Below, piece by piece: positions 1-9,872 of a DNA stretch of 64,000 nt. The notes beneath the pieces were generated by a model. The model ran no database searches. It was not told the origin of the DNA and saw only the letters and a program-made list of their open reading frames with translations. Every line of letters starts with the position of its first letter. The stretch's first letter is position 1. The translations under genes and the position numbers were made by a program. The stretch is from an uncultured Candidatus Rokubacteria bacterium (GTDB taxonomy: Bacteria > Methylomirabilota > Methylomirabilia > Rokubacteriales > CSP1-6): the NCBI GenBank assembly GCA_963771355.1, contig CAVYTA010000005.1, positions 704,001 through 768,000 of the forward strand. Reading direction: 5' to 3'.

Positions 1-873
1 GCGAACGGGGCCGGTAGCCGCGCCCTGCACCTTCCCCGCGTGGGCACCTGCATCGTGGCCGCCGCCCTCGGCGTGGCGGTGGGCGCGGTCGGGGTCGCCA
101 CCGCGGACTATCTCACGCTCAAGCGGCAGTCGACCACGCTGGCCTCGGTGCAACAGAAGGTGGACGAGCAGCGCGCGCTCATCGAGACCTTCCAGAAGCG
201 CATCGGCGACGTGCGGAAGGAGATCGCGACCTGGAAGGAGCTGCACGCGCGCATGGCCGAGCCGTTCGGGCCCGAGTCGGGCTCCCCGCGTCCCGCCACG
301 CAGGTGGCCGGTATCGGCGGCGTCACCGGCTCCGTGCGGCCCGATCCCGAAGGCGAGCATCCGGTCATCTGGCAGGAGGTCGAGGCGCTGGCCGCGTCGG
401 TGCTGGAGGAAGGGCCCCGGGTGCGCGCGCTGGAGCGGACCGTCTCGTCGGCGGGCCGCATGATCGCGGCCATGCCGTCCCGCTGGCCGGTGCGCGGCGC
501 GGTGAACTCCGAGTTCGGCCGCCGCAAGTCGCCGTGGGGCACGGCCATCGAGCACCACAGCGGGCTCGACATCGCGGCTCACATGGGCACGCCGGTGAAG
601 GCCCCCGCCACCGCCACCGTGGTGTTCGCGGGATCGGGCGGGGAATACGGCCTGGCCGTCATCCTGGACCATGGCAACGAGGTGAAGTCGCTGTACGGCC
701 ACCTCTCCAAGATCCACGTGAATGTGGGCCAGCGCGTGGAGCGGGGCTTCATCGTCGCGCTCACCGGCAATACCGGCCGCAGCTCGGGCCCGCACCTCCA
801 CTACGAAGTGCACGTGAAGGGCCAGGCCGTGAATCCCCGCGCCTTCCTCTGGAACGCCCCCGACCGCAGCTAG
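1..873 (+). CDS. M23 family metallopeptidase (5' end probably before the window)
   Basis: Frame open from base 1; TM segment, coiled coil, then M23 motifs HSGLDIAA, YGHLS, GPHLHYEV. Confidence 0.9.
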   Translation, partial: ANGAGSRALHLPRVGTCIVAAALGVAVGAVGVATADYLTLKRQSTTLASVQQKVDEQRALIETFQKRIGDVRKEIATWKELHARMAEPFGPESGSPRPATQVAGIGGVTGSVRPDPEGEHPVIWQEVEALAASVLEEGPRVRALERTVSSAGRMIAAMPSRWPVRGAVNSEFGRRKSPWGTAIEHHSGLDIAAHMGTPVKAPATATVVFAGSGGEYGLAVILDHGNEVKSLYGHLSKIHVNVGQRVERGFIVALTGNTGRSSGPHLHYEVHVKGQAVNPRAFLWNAPDRS

Positions 874-921
874 CTGACGGGCGTAGACCGGGGGCCAACC
901 GAAGGAGTGCCCCGGCCCGGG

Positions 922-2763
922 TCAAGCCTCGGGCCGCCCGCTCTGCTTCCCCTCGAGCGCGGCCCAGCGCGCGTAGAGACGCTCCACCTCCGCCCGTGCG
1001 GCTTCCGTAGCCGCGTAGCGGGCCGCGAGCGCGGCCGGATCCGAGGCCACTCGCGGATCTTCCAGCCCCGCCTGGGACTCCTCCAGGGCCCGCTCGGCCT
1101 CGACGATCCGGCCTTCCATCTCCTCCCACTCACGGCGCTCGAGGTAGGTGAGGCGCTTGATGCCCTGGGCCTCGCGCGGGCTCGCGGCGCGAGACGGAGA
1201 GGCGACCCGCGCGGCCCGGGCCGTCTCCCGCCGGACGGCCTCCCACTGGGCGCAGTCGGCGAACCAGTCGGCGCCCCCGGCGCCGTCGAGGGCGAGGATG
1301 CCGGTGGCCACGCGGTCGAGCAAGAAGCGATCGTGGGTCACCAGCACCAGCGCGCCGGGGAACTCGGCGAGGCTTTCCTCGAGCACCTCCAGCGTCGGGA
1401 TGTCGAGATCGTTGGTGGGCTCGTCGAGGAGCAGCAGGTCGGCGGGCTCGAGCATGAGCCGGGCAAGGTGCACGCGCGCGCGCTCGCCGCCCGAGAGCCG
1501 CGACACCGGGAGCGCGAGCTGCTCCGGCCGGAAGAGGAAGCGCTTGGCCCAGGCGGCCACGTGGAGCGCGCGACCCTGGTAAATGACGCTGTCGGCCTCG
1601 GGCGCCAGCGCGCGGCGCAGCGGCTGGTCGGGGTCGAGCCCCTCGCGATGCTGGTCGAAGTGCGCGACGCGCAGTCCCGGCGCGCGCTCGATCTCGCCGT
1701 GGTCGGGCGCCAGCGTGCCGTCGAGCAGGCGGAGCACCGTGGTCTTGCCGCTGCCGTTCGGGCCGATGAGGCCCAATCGCGAGCCCGCGCCGAGGACGAG
1801 GTCGAGCCCGTCCACGATGGGCCGGCCGCCGAGTGTCGTGCCCAGCCCGCGCGCGACCAGGAGCCGGCGCGTGGGCCGGCCGGAGGCGGTGAAGTCGATG
1901 CCCGCCCGTGGCCCCGCGGCGCGGCCCCGTGACTCGGCCAGCTCGTCGATGAGCCGGCCGGCCTCCTTGATGCGCGCCTGCTGCTTGGTGCTGCGCGCCT
2001 TGGCGCCCTGGCGCAGCCACTCGATCTCGCGCCGCACCCGGTTGGCGAGCGTCTCCTGGTACGCGGCCTCCGCCCGCAGCGCCTCGTCGCGCGCGACGAG
2101 AAAATCGCTGTAGCGCCCGGGCGCCTCGAAGAGCCCGGAGGGATAGATACGGTTGAGCTCGACCATCCGCTCGACCACGCGCTCGAGGAACCAGCGATCG
2201 TGGCTGACGACGAGATAGGCGAGCGCCTCGGATCGCAGGATCTCCTCGAGCCAGAGAATGCCCTCGACGTCGAGGTGATTCGTCGGCTCGTCCATGAGGA
2301 GCACGTCCGGTGCGCGCGCCAGCTCGCGCGCGATGGCCAGGCGCTTGAGCCAGCCACCCGACAGGTCGCCCACGCGCGCGCCGGGGTCCGCGAAGCCGGC
2401 GCGCGACAGCGCCCTCGCCACGCGGAGCCCGGCGGCGGCGAGCCCGGGAGCCCCGGCCGATCCAGGCTCGCCGCTCTCCGCCACCGCCGCGGCCACGACA
2501 CCCTCCGCCGTCTCGTCGGGAGGGAAGCTCGGGTCCTGGGGCACATACCCCAGCCGGGTCCGGCGCCGGAGCGAGCGAGTGCCGCGGTCCGGCGTCTCCA
2601 GCCCCGCCAGGATGCGGAGCAGCGTGGACTTGCCCGAGCCGTTGGGACCCACCAGCCCCAGGCGGTCGCCTTCGGCCAGACTCAGCGAGAGATCCTCGAA
2701 GAGCGGAGCGGCGCCGAAGGCCTTGGCGAGGCCCTCGACGGAGAGCAGCACCGTGGGCGTCAC
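922..2763 (-). CDS. uup: ABC-F family ATPase, Uup-like
   Basis: Two ABC domains (GPNGSGKS/GPNGSGKT, LSGG, DEPTN), no TM segments, C-terminal coiled coil KRLTYLERREWEEME. GTG at 2763 overlaps the GIY-YIG stop (GTGA). Confidence 0.85.
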   Translation of the reverse strand: MTPTVLLSVEGLAKAFGAAPLFEDLSLSLAEGDRLGLVGPNGSGKSTLLRILAGLETPDRGTRSLRRRTRLGYVPQDPSFPPDETAEGVVAAAVAESGEPGSAGAPGLAAAGLRVARALSRAGFADPGARVGDLSGGWLKRLAIARELARAPDVLLMDEPTNHLDVEGILWLEEILRSEALAYLVVSHDRWFLERVVERMVELNRIYPSGLFEAPGRYSDFLVARDEALRAEAAYQETLANRVRREIEWLRQGAKARSTKQQARIKEAGRLIDELAESRGRAAGPRAGIDFTASGRPTRRLLVARGLGTTLGGRPIVDGLDLVLGAGSRLGLIGPNGSGKTTVLRLLDGTLAPDHGEIERAPGLRVAHFDQHREGLDPDQPLRRALAPEADSVIYQGRALHVAAWAKRFLFRPEQLALPVSRLSGGERARVHLARLMLEPADLLLLDEPTNDLDIPTLEVLEESLAEFPGALVLVTHDRFLLDRVATGILALDGAGGADWFADCAQWEAVRRETARAARVASPSRAASPREAQGIKRLTYLERREWEEMEGRIVEAERALEESQAGLEDPRVASDPAALAARYAATEAARAEVERLYARWAALEGKQSGRPEA

Positions 2764-3047
2764 GACGGCCGGCCGATTGCGCGGGCGGGCGGGCTGCCGG
2801 AGCGCCCGGCTCCGTCGATCAGCGCGTCCTTGTCGGGGCGGCGGAGCCGCTTGATCCGCGCCTCCTCCCGGAGGGCGGCGCTCCAGGTGCGCACGCGCCG
2901 CGACCACGCCAGGGTCACGGGAAGGTGCGCGCGGGTATAGCGCGAGGCGCGCCCCGCCGTGTGCTGGGCGAGGCGGCGGGGGAGGTCGCGCGCGGAGCCC
3001 GCGTAGAGCGAGCCGTCACCGCAGCGGAGGAGATAGACCCAGGGCAC
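2760..3047 (-). CDS. GIY-YIG nuclease family protein (YhbQ/UPF0213-like)
   Basis: WVYLLRCGDGSLYAG...RRLAQH...ASRYTR...ALREEARIKRL. Confidence 0.9.
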   Translation of the reverse strand: MPWVYLLRCGDGSLYAGSARDLPRRLAQHTAGRASRYTRAHLPVTLAWSRRVRTWSAALREEARIKRLRRPDKDALIDGAGRSGSPPARAIGRPS

Positions 3048-3057
3048 GCCGTGCGGC

Positions 3058-4689
3058 TCAGTCCGCCGGCTTCCAGTCCTTGAACTTCTCGCGAAGCACC
3101 TTCTTGTCGAACTTGCCCACCGAGGTCTTGGGCACCGCGTCGATGAACCGCACGTCGTCGGGCAGCCACCACTTGGCCACGCGGGGGGTGAGGTAGTCGA
3201 GGATCTCCTGCTTGGCGAGCTGGCCCTTGAACTCGGGTTTGGGCACCACGCAGGCGAGCGGGCGCTCCTGCCAGCGCGGGTGCGGCACCGCGATCACCGC
3301 CGCCTCGAGCACCTTGGGATGGCCCATGATGGTGCTCTCGAGATCCACGCTGGAGATCCACTCGCCGCCCGACTTGATGAGGTCCTTGGTGCGGTCGGTG
3401 ATCTGGATATAGCCCTCGGGATCGATGGCGGCGACGTCGCCGGTGCGGAACCAGCCGTCCTCCGTGAACTGGATCGCGCCGGCGGGGTTATTGTAGTAGC
3501 CGCTGGTCACCCAGGGCCCCCGCACCTGGATCTCGCCCACGCTCTTGCCGTCCCAGGGCTGCACCTGGCCTGCGTCGTCCACGAGGCGCATGTCCACGCC
3601 TGCCACCACCGCCCCCTGCTTGGCCCGGATGGCGTAACGCTCGTCTTCGGGGAGGGCGTCGGTATAGGAGCGCGGCCGGCACACCGAGCCCAGCGGTGTC
3701 ATCTCCGTCATGCCCCAGGCATGGAGCATGTAGGCGCCGTACTTCTTGTCGAAGTCCTCGATGAGGGTGCGGGGGGCCGCGGAGCCGCCGATGGGAATGC
3801 ACCGGATGGACGAGATGTCCCACTGCGGCTCCTTCTCGAGGATGGCCTGGATGGCGATCCACACCGTGGGGACCGCGCCCACCAGCGTCACCTTCTCCGC
3901 GTGGACGATCTCGATGATGTCGCGCGGCTGGGGATTCGGCCCGCCGAAGATCTGGGTGGAGCCGTTCATCACGCCCGCGAAGGGTACGCACCAGGCGTTG
4001 GCGTGGAACATGGGCACGATGTGGAGGATGACGTCGCGCTCGCAGATGCCCAGCACGTCCACGGTGGACGAGGCGAAGCAGTGGAGGAAGACCCCGCGGT
4101 GGGAGTAGACCACCCCCTTGGGGTGACCGGTGGTGCCGGAGGTGTAGCACATGCCGGCGGCGTCGGTCTCCTCCAGGCGCGGCCACTCGGAAACCGGCGG
4201 GGTGGCGGCCACCAGCGCCTCGTAGTCGAGCGTCCCGGAGGGAATCTCCGCGGTGGGCGTGTCCTTCATCACGATGAAGTGCTTCACCGACTTGAGGTTC
4301 TTGCGGATCGGCTCGAGCAGGCTCCAGAGGCTCGCGTCCACGATGAGGACCTGGTCCTCGGCGTGGTTGATGATGTAGGTGATGTCCTGTGGTGAGAGGC
4401 GGATGTTCACGGTGTGGAGCACCATGCCCATCAGCGGCGCCGCGAAGTACACCTCCATGTGCCGGTGCGAGTTCCACGCGAAGGTGCCCACCCGGTCGCC
4501 CTTCTTGAGCCCGAGCCCCGCGAGCGCGGCGGACAGACGGCAGACCCGATCGGCGTAGTCGGCATAGGTATAGCGCTGCAGCCCCACCCCGGGCACGCGC
4601 GTCGCGAGCGTCTTCTTGTGGAAGAGCTTCCGCGTGCGCTCGAAGAAGTGAGTGAGGGTGAGCGGGTAGTCCATGATGAGGCCCTTCAT
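3058..4689 (-). CDS. Fatty-acid--CoA ligase (AlkK/DmdB-like)
   Basis: [49 protein letters not shown]; start [10 protein letters not shown] after a GGAG-type RBS. Confidence 0.9.
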   Translation of the reverse strand: MKGLIMDYPLTLTHFFERTRKLFHKKTLATRVPGVGLQRYTYADYADRVCRLSAALAGLGLKKGDRVGTFAWNSHRHMEVYFAAPLMGMVLHTVNIRLSPQDITYIINHAEDQVLIVDASLWSLLEPIRKNLKSVKHFIVMKDTPTAEIPSGTLDYEALVAATPPVSEWPRLEETDAAGMCYTSGTTGHPKGVVYSHRGVFLHCFASSTVDVLGICERDVILHIVPMFHANAWCVPFAGVMNGSTQIFGGPNPQPRDIIEIVHAEKVTLVGAVPTVWIAIQAILEKEPQWDISSIRCIPIGGSAAPRTLIEDFDKKYGAYMLHAWGMTEMTPLGSVCRPRSYTDALPEDERYAIRAKQGAVVAGVDMRLVDDAGQVQPWDGKSVGEIQVRGPWVTSGYYNNPAGAIQFTEDGWFRTGDVAAIDPEGYIQITDRTKDLIKSGGEWISSVDLESTIMGHPKVLEAAVIAVPHPRWQERPLACVVPKPEFKGQLAKQEILDYLTPRVAKWWLPDDVRFIDAVPKTSVGKFDKKVLREKFKDWKPAD

Positions 4690-4693
4690 CGTC

Positions 4694-5518
4694 CTATCTC
4701 CCTCCGAGGTCTTCGGATGTCGCGCAGCGAAAGCCGATGAAGTGATGGCCGCGGCGCACGCCGCGGTGCTCATAGCGTCGCCGGAGCGTCACCCGCAGCG
4801 ATTCGGGCCCGTCGTCGTGGCTGGCGCCGCGCACCACCCGGCTGGCGGTGGTTGCGGGTTCCTCGCGCCCGTCGTCGGCACGGTACGGGTAGGGGCGGTA
4901 CTGACTCGACGTCCACTCCCTCAGATTGCCCACGATGCCCTGCACGCCCAGGGGACTCGCCCCCGCCAGCCGGCGGCCAACCGGCTCAGTGGCATTGTAT
5001 TTCCGGCCATACCGCGCGCGGTCCGGCGTGGGCGGCGCCTCGCCCCAGGGATAGCGTCGCCCGTCGTCGCCCCGCGCCGCCTTCTCCCACTCCGCCTCGG
5101 TGGGCAACCGCTTGCCGACCCAGAGGCAGTAGTCGCGCGCCCCGAACCAGGACACCTCGACTGCGGGATGGGTCTCGTAGCCCGCATCGGGCACCCAGCG
5201 GGTCCCCACCCGGTGAATGCGCGCGTCCGCGTCCTCCCAGTCGAAATAGTCCTCACCCTCCGGACTGCGCAGCCCGCGCCCGTCGAGGAACGCCGCGAAC
5301 TCGCGATTGGTCACCTTGTCGCGGTCGATCCAGAAGGGGTCCAGCCAGATCCGGTGGGCGGGAGCCTCGTCGGGCGCGTCGCGGTCGCTGCCCATGGTGA
5401 ACGGGCCTCGATCGACGAGCATCATGCCGTCCGCCCCTGCGTCCCCTGGGGCGCAGGCGAAAGCGGAGATGAGGGAAAGCGCGACCGCAATCCGGACGCG
5501 GGACCCGCCGACGGCCAT
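4694..5518 (-). CDS. Formylglycine-generating-enzyme (SUMF1/EgtB-type) domain protein, probably exported
   Basis: Signal-like N-terminus; GPFTMGS, VTNREF, HPAVEVSW, RLPTEAEWEKAARG, GNLREW, GFRCA. Confidence 0.85.
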   Translation of the reverse strand: MAVGGSRVRIAVALSLISAFACAPGDAGADGMMLVDRGPFTMGSDRDAPDEAPAHRIWLDPFWIDRDKVTNREFAAFLDGRGLRSPEGEDYFDWEDADARIHRVGTRWVPDAGYETHPAVEVSWFGARDYCLWVGKRLPTEAEWEKAARGDDGRRYPWGEAPPTPDRARYGRKYNATEPVGRRLAGASPLGVQGIVGNLREWTSSQYRPYPYRADDGREEPATTASRVVRGASHDDGPESLRVTLRRRYEHRGVRRGHHFIGFRCATSEDLGGR

Positions 5519-5571
5519 GGCACCGGGCCTCCTGTTCACAATGGCGATATGGCCGCGCGCGCGGCCTCGCC

Positions 5572-5648
5572 AGGATAGGTGCCGCCCCACCCGGGTGTCA
5601 ATGACGCGGCGGGCGGCGTTTACGGGGACCCCCCGCTTCGGGTATGGT
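5572..5648. promoter_or_regulatory. Divergent sigma70-like promoters
   Basis: Minus: TTGACA(5601-5596)-18nt-TATCCT(5577-5572). Plus: TTTACG(5619)-18nt-TATGGT(5643-5648), 7 nt before ATG 5656. Confidence 0.55.
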
Positions 5649-5655
5649 GGGGCGA

Positions 5656-7716
5656 ATGAACTCACGCTGGGACGATGCCACCGCTGCCACCCTGCAAGGC
5701 CTCGACCTCCTCGTTTACGCGTCCCGGCTGATCGGCGCCGAGACGTCTCTCGTGGTATGGGGCGGGGGCAATACCTCGATCAAGCAGACGGAGCGCGATC
5801 ACCGGGGCCGAGAGGTGCGGGTGCTCCGGGTCAAGGGCAGCGGCTCCGACCTCAAGACCATCCAGAGGAAGGACTTTCCCGGGGTGCGGATGGACGACGT
5901 GCTCGCGCTGCTCGAGCGCCAGGACATGGGCGACAGCGAGATGGTGGACTATCTCCGCTTCGCGCTGCAGGACCCGGGCGGGTCGCGGCCGTCCATCGAG
6001 ACCCTGCTTCACGGCTTCCTGCCCGCGCCGGCGGTCTTCCACACGCATGCCGACGCGGTGGTGTCGCTCACCAACAACGCGAATGCGGGCGACGTGCTAC
6101 GCACAGTCTATGGCGACGAGGTCGTGGCGCTGCCCTATCGGCGCCCCGGCTTCCGCATCTCTCGGGAGGTTGCGGACACCCTGGCCGCGCGGCCGGGGCT
6201 GCGCGCCATGCTGCTGGAGAAGCACGGCACCATCTGCTGGGGCGGGAGCGTGAAAGAGGCGTACCTCGCCACCATCGAGCTCATCAGCCGCGCCGAAGAG
6301 GCCATCGCCCACCGCGCGAAGGGGCGCGCGCGCTTCGGCGGCGTGACGGTGACGTTGCTCGCCGCGGACGAGCGCCGGCGCGTGGCCCTGGCGGTGGCGC
6401 CGCATTTGCGCGGACTGGTGGGCCGGGACCGCCGTCAGATCGTCGCCTTCGACGATGCGCCGGACGTGCTCGAGTTCGCCGGCTCCCGCGAAGCGGCGGC
6501 GCTCTGCGGGGTGGGGCCGGCCACGCCCGATCACACGATCTATACCAAGCGGCTGCCGTGCTTCGTCCCCGTCGATCGGCCGAGCGATCCGCAGGCCGTC
6601 AAGGCCGCGCTAGACGCCGCCGTCGCGCGCTTCGCGGCGGACTACAGCGCCTATTTCGCGGCCCACAATCGTGAGGGCGCGACGCTCCAGGATGCGAGTC
6701 CTCGCGTGGTCGTGGTGAGCGGGCTCGGCATGTTCACCACCGGCAAGGACCGGCGCACGGCGGGTATCGTCAGCGACATCTACCACCACACGATCTCGGT
6801 GCTGGGCGCCGCCTCCTCCTTCGGACGGTACGTCTCGCTCTCGGCCCAGGATGCCTTCGACGTCGAGTACTGGCCGCTGGAGCTCTACAAGCTCGCCCAG
6901 GCCCCGCCGGAGAAGGAGCTGTCGCGGCGCATCGCGCTCGTCACCGGGGCGGCGGGGGGCATCGGGCGCGCGGTGGCGCTGCGCCTGGCCGCCGAGGGCG
7001 CCCACGTGGTGGTGACCGACGTGGACGCGGCAGGCGCCCGCAAGGTGGCCGAGGAAGTGATCGCCGCGCAGGGCGGCGGCCGCGCGCTGGGGCTGGGGCT
7101 CGACGTGACCAGCGAGGCCGCCGTGCGCACGGCTTTGGAGGAAGTCGTGCTCGCCTATGGCGGGCTCGACATCGTGGTCTCCAATGCCGGCATCGCGCAC
7201 TCGGCCCCAGTGGATCGGATGGAGCTCGCGGACTGGGAGCGCTCCTTCGCGGTGAACTCCACCGGTCACTTCCTCATCGCCCGTGAGTCCATGCGCGTGC
7301 TCAAGGCCCAGGGGCTGGGCGGCGCCCTCGTCTTCGTGGCCACCAAGAACGTGATGTCCCCGGGCAAGGACTTCTCCGCCTACTCGGCTTCCAAGGCGGC
7401 CGAGGCGCAGCTCGCCAAGGTACTCGCGCTGGAAGGCGGGCCCGCCGGCATCCGCTCCAACATCGTGAACCCCGACGCCGTCTTCCGGGACTCCAAGCTC
7501 TGGTCGGAGGACGTCCGCCGCGAGCGGGCGCGCGCGCAGGGGATCAGCGTGGACGAGCTCGAGGACTTCTACCGCAAGCGGAACATCCTCGCGCGGCCCA
7601 TCCTGCCCGAGGACGTGGCGGAGGCGGTGCTCTTCCTCGCCTCCGACCGCTCCGCCAAGACCACCGGCTGCACCCTCACCGTCGACGGCGGCGTGAAGGA
7701 CGCCTTCCCGCGCTAA
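5656..7716 (+). CDS. rhaD: Bifunctional rhamnulose-1-phosphate aldolase / short-chain dehydrogenase-like protein
   Basis: Class II aldolase (GGGNTS, VKGSGSDL, PSIETLLH, HTHAD, TPDH) fused to an SDR (TGAAGGIG, NAG, YSASK). Confidence 0.85.
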   Translation: MNSRWDDATAATLQGLDLLVYASRLIGAETSLVVWGGGNTSIKQTERDHRGREVRVLRVKGSGSDLKTIQRKDFPGVRMDDVLALLERQDMGDSEMVDYLRFALQDPGGSRPSIETLLHGFLPAPAVFHTHADAVVSLTNNANAGDVLRTVYGDEVVALPYRRPGFRISREVADTLAARPGLRAMLLEKHGTICWGGSVKEAYLATIELISRAEEAIAHRAKGRARFGGVTVTLLAADERRRVALAVAPHLRGLVGRDRRQIVAFDDAPDVLEFAGSREAAALCGVGPATPDHTIYTKRLPCFVPVDRPSDPQAVKAALDAAVARFAADYSAYFAAHNREGATLQDASPRVVVVSGLGMFTTGKDRRTAGIVSDIYHHTISVLGAASSFGRYVSLSAQDAFDVEYWPLELYKLAQAPPEKELSRRIALVTGAAGGIGRAVALRLAAEGAHVVVTDVDAAGARKVAEEVIAAQGGGRALGLGLDVTSEAAVRTALEEVVLAYGGLDIVVSNAGIAHSAPVDRMELADWERSFAVNSTGHFLIARESMRVLKAQGLGGALVFVATKNVMSPGKDFSAYSASKAAEAQLAKVLALEGGPAGIRSNIVNPDAVFRDSKLWSEDVRRERARAQGISVDELEDFYRKRNILARPILPEDVAEAVLFLASDRSAKTTGCTLTVDGGVKDAFPR

Positions 7717-7718
7717 TC

Positions 7719-8678
7719 ATGGATCCGCTCGCCTCGCCTTCGGCTGCGGCTCGCCAAACAATCGGATTCGGCGCCTTCCTCTCCATGCATCCGCCGGAGG
7801 AGCAATGGGCGCTTGCCGGGCGGGTCGAGGAGCTGGGCTACGACTCCTTGTGGACGGGCGACCACGTGTCCTTTCACGGGCCGATCTACGAGTCCCTCAC
7901 CTTGCTCGCCTCCTACGCGAGCGTGACCCGGCGGATCCGCCTCGGCACCGCCGTCTACCTCCTCGCCCTGCGGCATCCCACCATCGCCGCCAAGATCACC
8001 TCCACCCTCGATGTGCTCTCGGGCGGCCGGCTCGTCTTCGGGGTGGGGGTGGGAGGCGAGAATCCGAAGGAGTTCGAGGCCTGCGGCATCCCGCACCGCG
8101 AGCGCGGCGCGCGCGTGACCGAGGGCATCGAGGTGGTGCGCACGCTCTGGCGCGACACGCCCGCGACCTTCAAGGGTCGCTTCACCTCGTTCGAGGGCGT
8201 GAGCCTCGATCCCAAGCCCGTGCAGAAGCCCGGGCCGCCGATCTGGATCGGCGGGCGCTCGGACGCCGCGCTCGCCCGCGCGGGACGGCAGGGGGACGGC
8301 TGGGTCTCCTACGTGGTCCAGCCCGAGCGCTACAAGGCGAGCCTCGAGAAGATCCACGCCGCCGCCGCCGAGGCCCGCCGCCCGCTCGACCGCTTCGTCG
8401 CCGCGCACCTGGCCTTCATCACGGTGGGGCGCGACTACGAGGCGGCCGAGCGCGCCTGGGTGGCGCGGCTGAGCCAGCGCTACGCGCAGGACTTCGGCCC
8501 GCTCGCGCGGAAGTACGGCATCATCGGCACTCCCGCCCAGTGCGCGGAGACGCTCGAGCGCTTCGTCGCGGGCGGCTGCAACTACGTGCTGATGAACCCG
8601 ATCTGCGACTCCGCCGACGAGCGGGCGCAGCTCGAGACGATCGCGGGCGAGATCATTCCGAGATTCCGGGGCCGCTAG
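7719..8678 (+). CDS. LLM-class flavin/F420-dependent oxidoreductase
   Basis: GYDSLWTGDH, RIRLGTAVY, LDVLSGGRL, PPIWIGG. Confidence 0.9.
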   Translation: MDPLASPSAAARQTIGFGAFLSMHPPEEQWALAGRVEELGYDSLWTGDHVSFHGPIYESLTLLASYASVTRRIRLGTAVYLLALRHPTIAAKITSTLDVLSGGRLVFGVGVGGENPKEFEACGIPHRERGARVTEGIEVVRTLWRDTPATFKGRFTSFEGVSLDPKPVQKPGPPIWIGGRSDAALARAGRQGDGWVSYVVQPERYKASLEKIHAAAAEARRPLDRFVAAHLAFITVGRDYEAAERAWVARLSQRYAQDFGPLARKYGIIGTPAQCAETLERFVAGGCNYVLMNPICDSADERAQLETIAGEIIPRFRGR

Positions 8679-8681
8679 CCG

Positions 8682-9389
8682 GTGCCGTCGAGGCCGCGCG
8701 AGTGCGGGGCGGAGGTGACCGCGGTCCGCAGCCTCAATCCCGACGTGATCGAGGTGGACCTCCGCATGGTGGAGCCCGCCGTGCTCCCCTTCGCGGCCGG
8801 GCAGTGGGTGTCGGTGCCGTTCGGCCCCAAGATCGTGCGCGCCTATAGCATGGCCTCGCCGCCCGGCGCGGGCCATGAGCTCACGCTTTCCGTGGACGTG
8901 GCCCCGGGCGGTCTCGGCTCGCAGTGGATCCGCGGGCTCAAGCCGGGCGACCCGGTGACGTTCAAGGGGCCCACCGGCGGCTTCGTGGCCGACCGCGCCG
9001 ATCCGCGGCGGCCGGTCTTCGTGGCCGAGGAGATCGGCGTCGTCCCCATCCGCTCCATCCTCTTCGACCTCTACGCGACCGGCTTCGACCGGCCCGCGGG
9101 GCTCATCCAGTGGGCGCGCAATCCCGAGTGGCTACTCTACGAGTCGGACTTCCGCGAGCTGTCGCGCCGGCACCAGGGCTTCTCGTATCTCCCCGTGCTG
9201 CGCGAGCCGCCCGCGACCTGGCGAGGGGAGAAGGGCGAGTGCCACGAGGCGGTGGACCGGCTCGTGCACTCCGTGGATCGCACCGTGGTTTACGTGTGTG
9301 GCGGCGAGGGCACCATCAAGCAGGTGCGGCAGGCGCTGATGGCCAAGGGGATGGACCGGAAGAGCGTGAAGTGGGAGAAGTTCTGGTGA
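8682..9389 (+). CDS. FNR-family FAD/NAD(P)-binding oxidoreductase
   Basis: RAYSMAS, GGLGSQW, GPTGGF, VYVCG, C-terminal EKFW. Confidence 0.85.
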   Translation: MPSRPRECGAEVTAVRSLNPDVIEVDLRMVEPAVLPFAAGQWVSVPFGPKIVRAYSMASPPGAGHELTLSVDVAPGGLGSQWIRGLKPGDPVTFKGPTGGFVADRADPRRPVFVAEEIGVVPIRSILFDLYATGFDRPAGLIQWARNPEWLLYESDFRELSRRHQGFSYLPVLREPPATWRGEKGECHEAVDRLVHSVDRTVVYVCGGEGTIKQVRQALMAKGMDRKSVKWEKFW

Positions 9390-9399
9390 GGAGGAAGCC

Positions 9400-9465
9400 G
9401 TGACCCGTCGCGTCCTGATCGCCCCCTTCGTCCTCGTGGGCGACGGCGGCCCCACCGGGCCGTGA
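9400..9465 (+). CDS. Possible 21-aa small ORF (VTRRVLIAPFVLVGDGGPTGP)
   Basis: Strong RBS GAGGAGG upstream; its TGA overlaps the VOC GTG (GTGA). Confidence 0.35.
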   Translation: MTRRVLIAPFVLVGDGGPTGP

Positions 9466-9872
9466 AGGCGCGCCTCTACCATGTCCAGGTGAACGTGCGT
9501 GACGCCGCCGTCTCGCTGCCGTTCTGGACAGCGCTACTCGGCTTCCTCGAGTACCGGATCGTCCACGCGGAGCGCGACGTGGCGGGATTTTCGAACGGCA
9601 CCACCGACCTCTGGCTGATGGCCACGGAGCCGGCCCAGGCGGGCCCGGGATTCCACCGGAAGCGCGCCGGGCTCAATCACGTGGCCTTCCGCGTCGAGCG
9701 GCGGGAGGACGTGGACCGCTTCCGTCGCGAGTTCCTCGACGCGCGCGGACTCCCCACGCTGTACGACACTCCGCGCGACTTCCCCGAGTATTCCCCGGGC
9801 TACTACGCCGTGTTCTTCGAGGATCCCGACCGGATCAAGCTCGAGGTGGCCCATGTCCCGCCGCGCGGCTAG
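9462..9872 (+). CDS. VOC/glyoxalase family protein
   Basis: YHVQVNV, GLNHVAFRV, YYAVFFEDPDRIKLE. Confidence 0.9.
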   Translation: MKARLYHVQVNVRDAAVSLPFWTALLGFLEYRIVHAERDVAGFSNGTTDLWLMATEPAQAGPGFHRKRAGLNHVAFRVERREDVDRFRREFLDARGLPTLYDTPRDFPEYSPGYYAVFFEDPDRIKLEVAHVPPRG

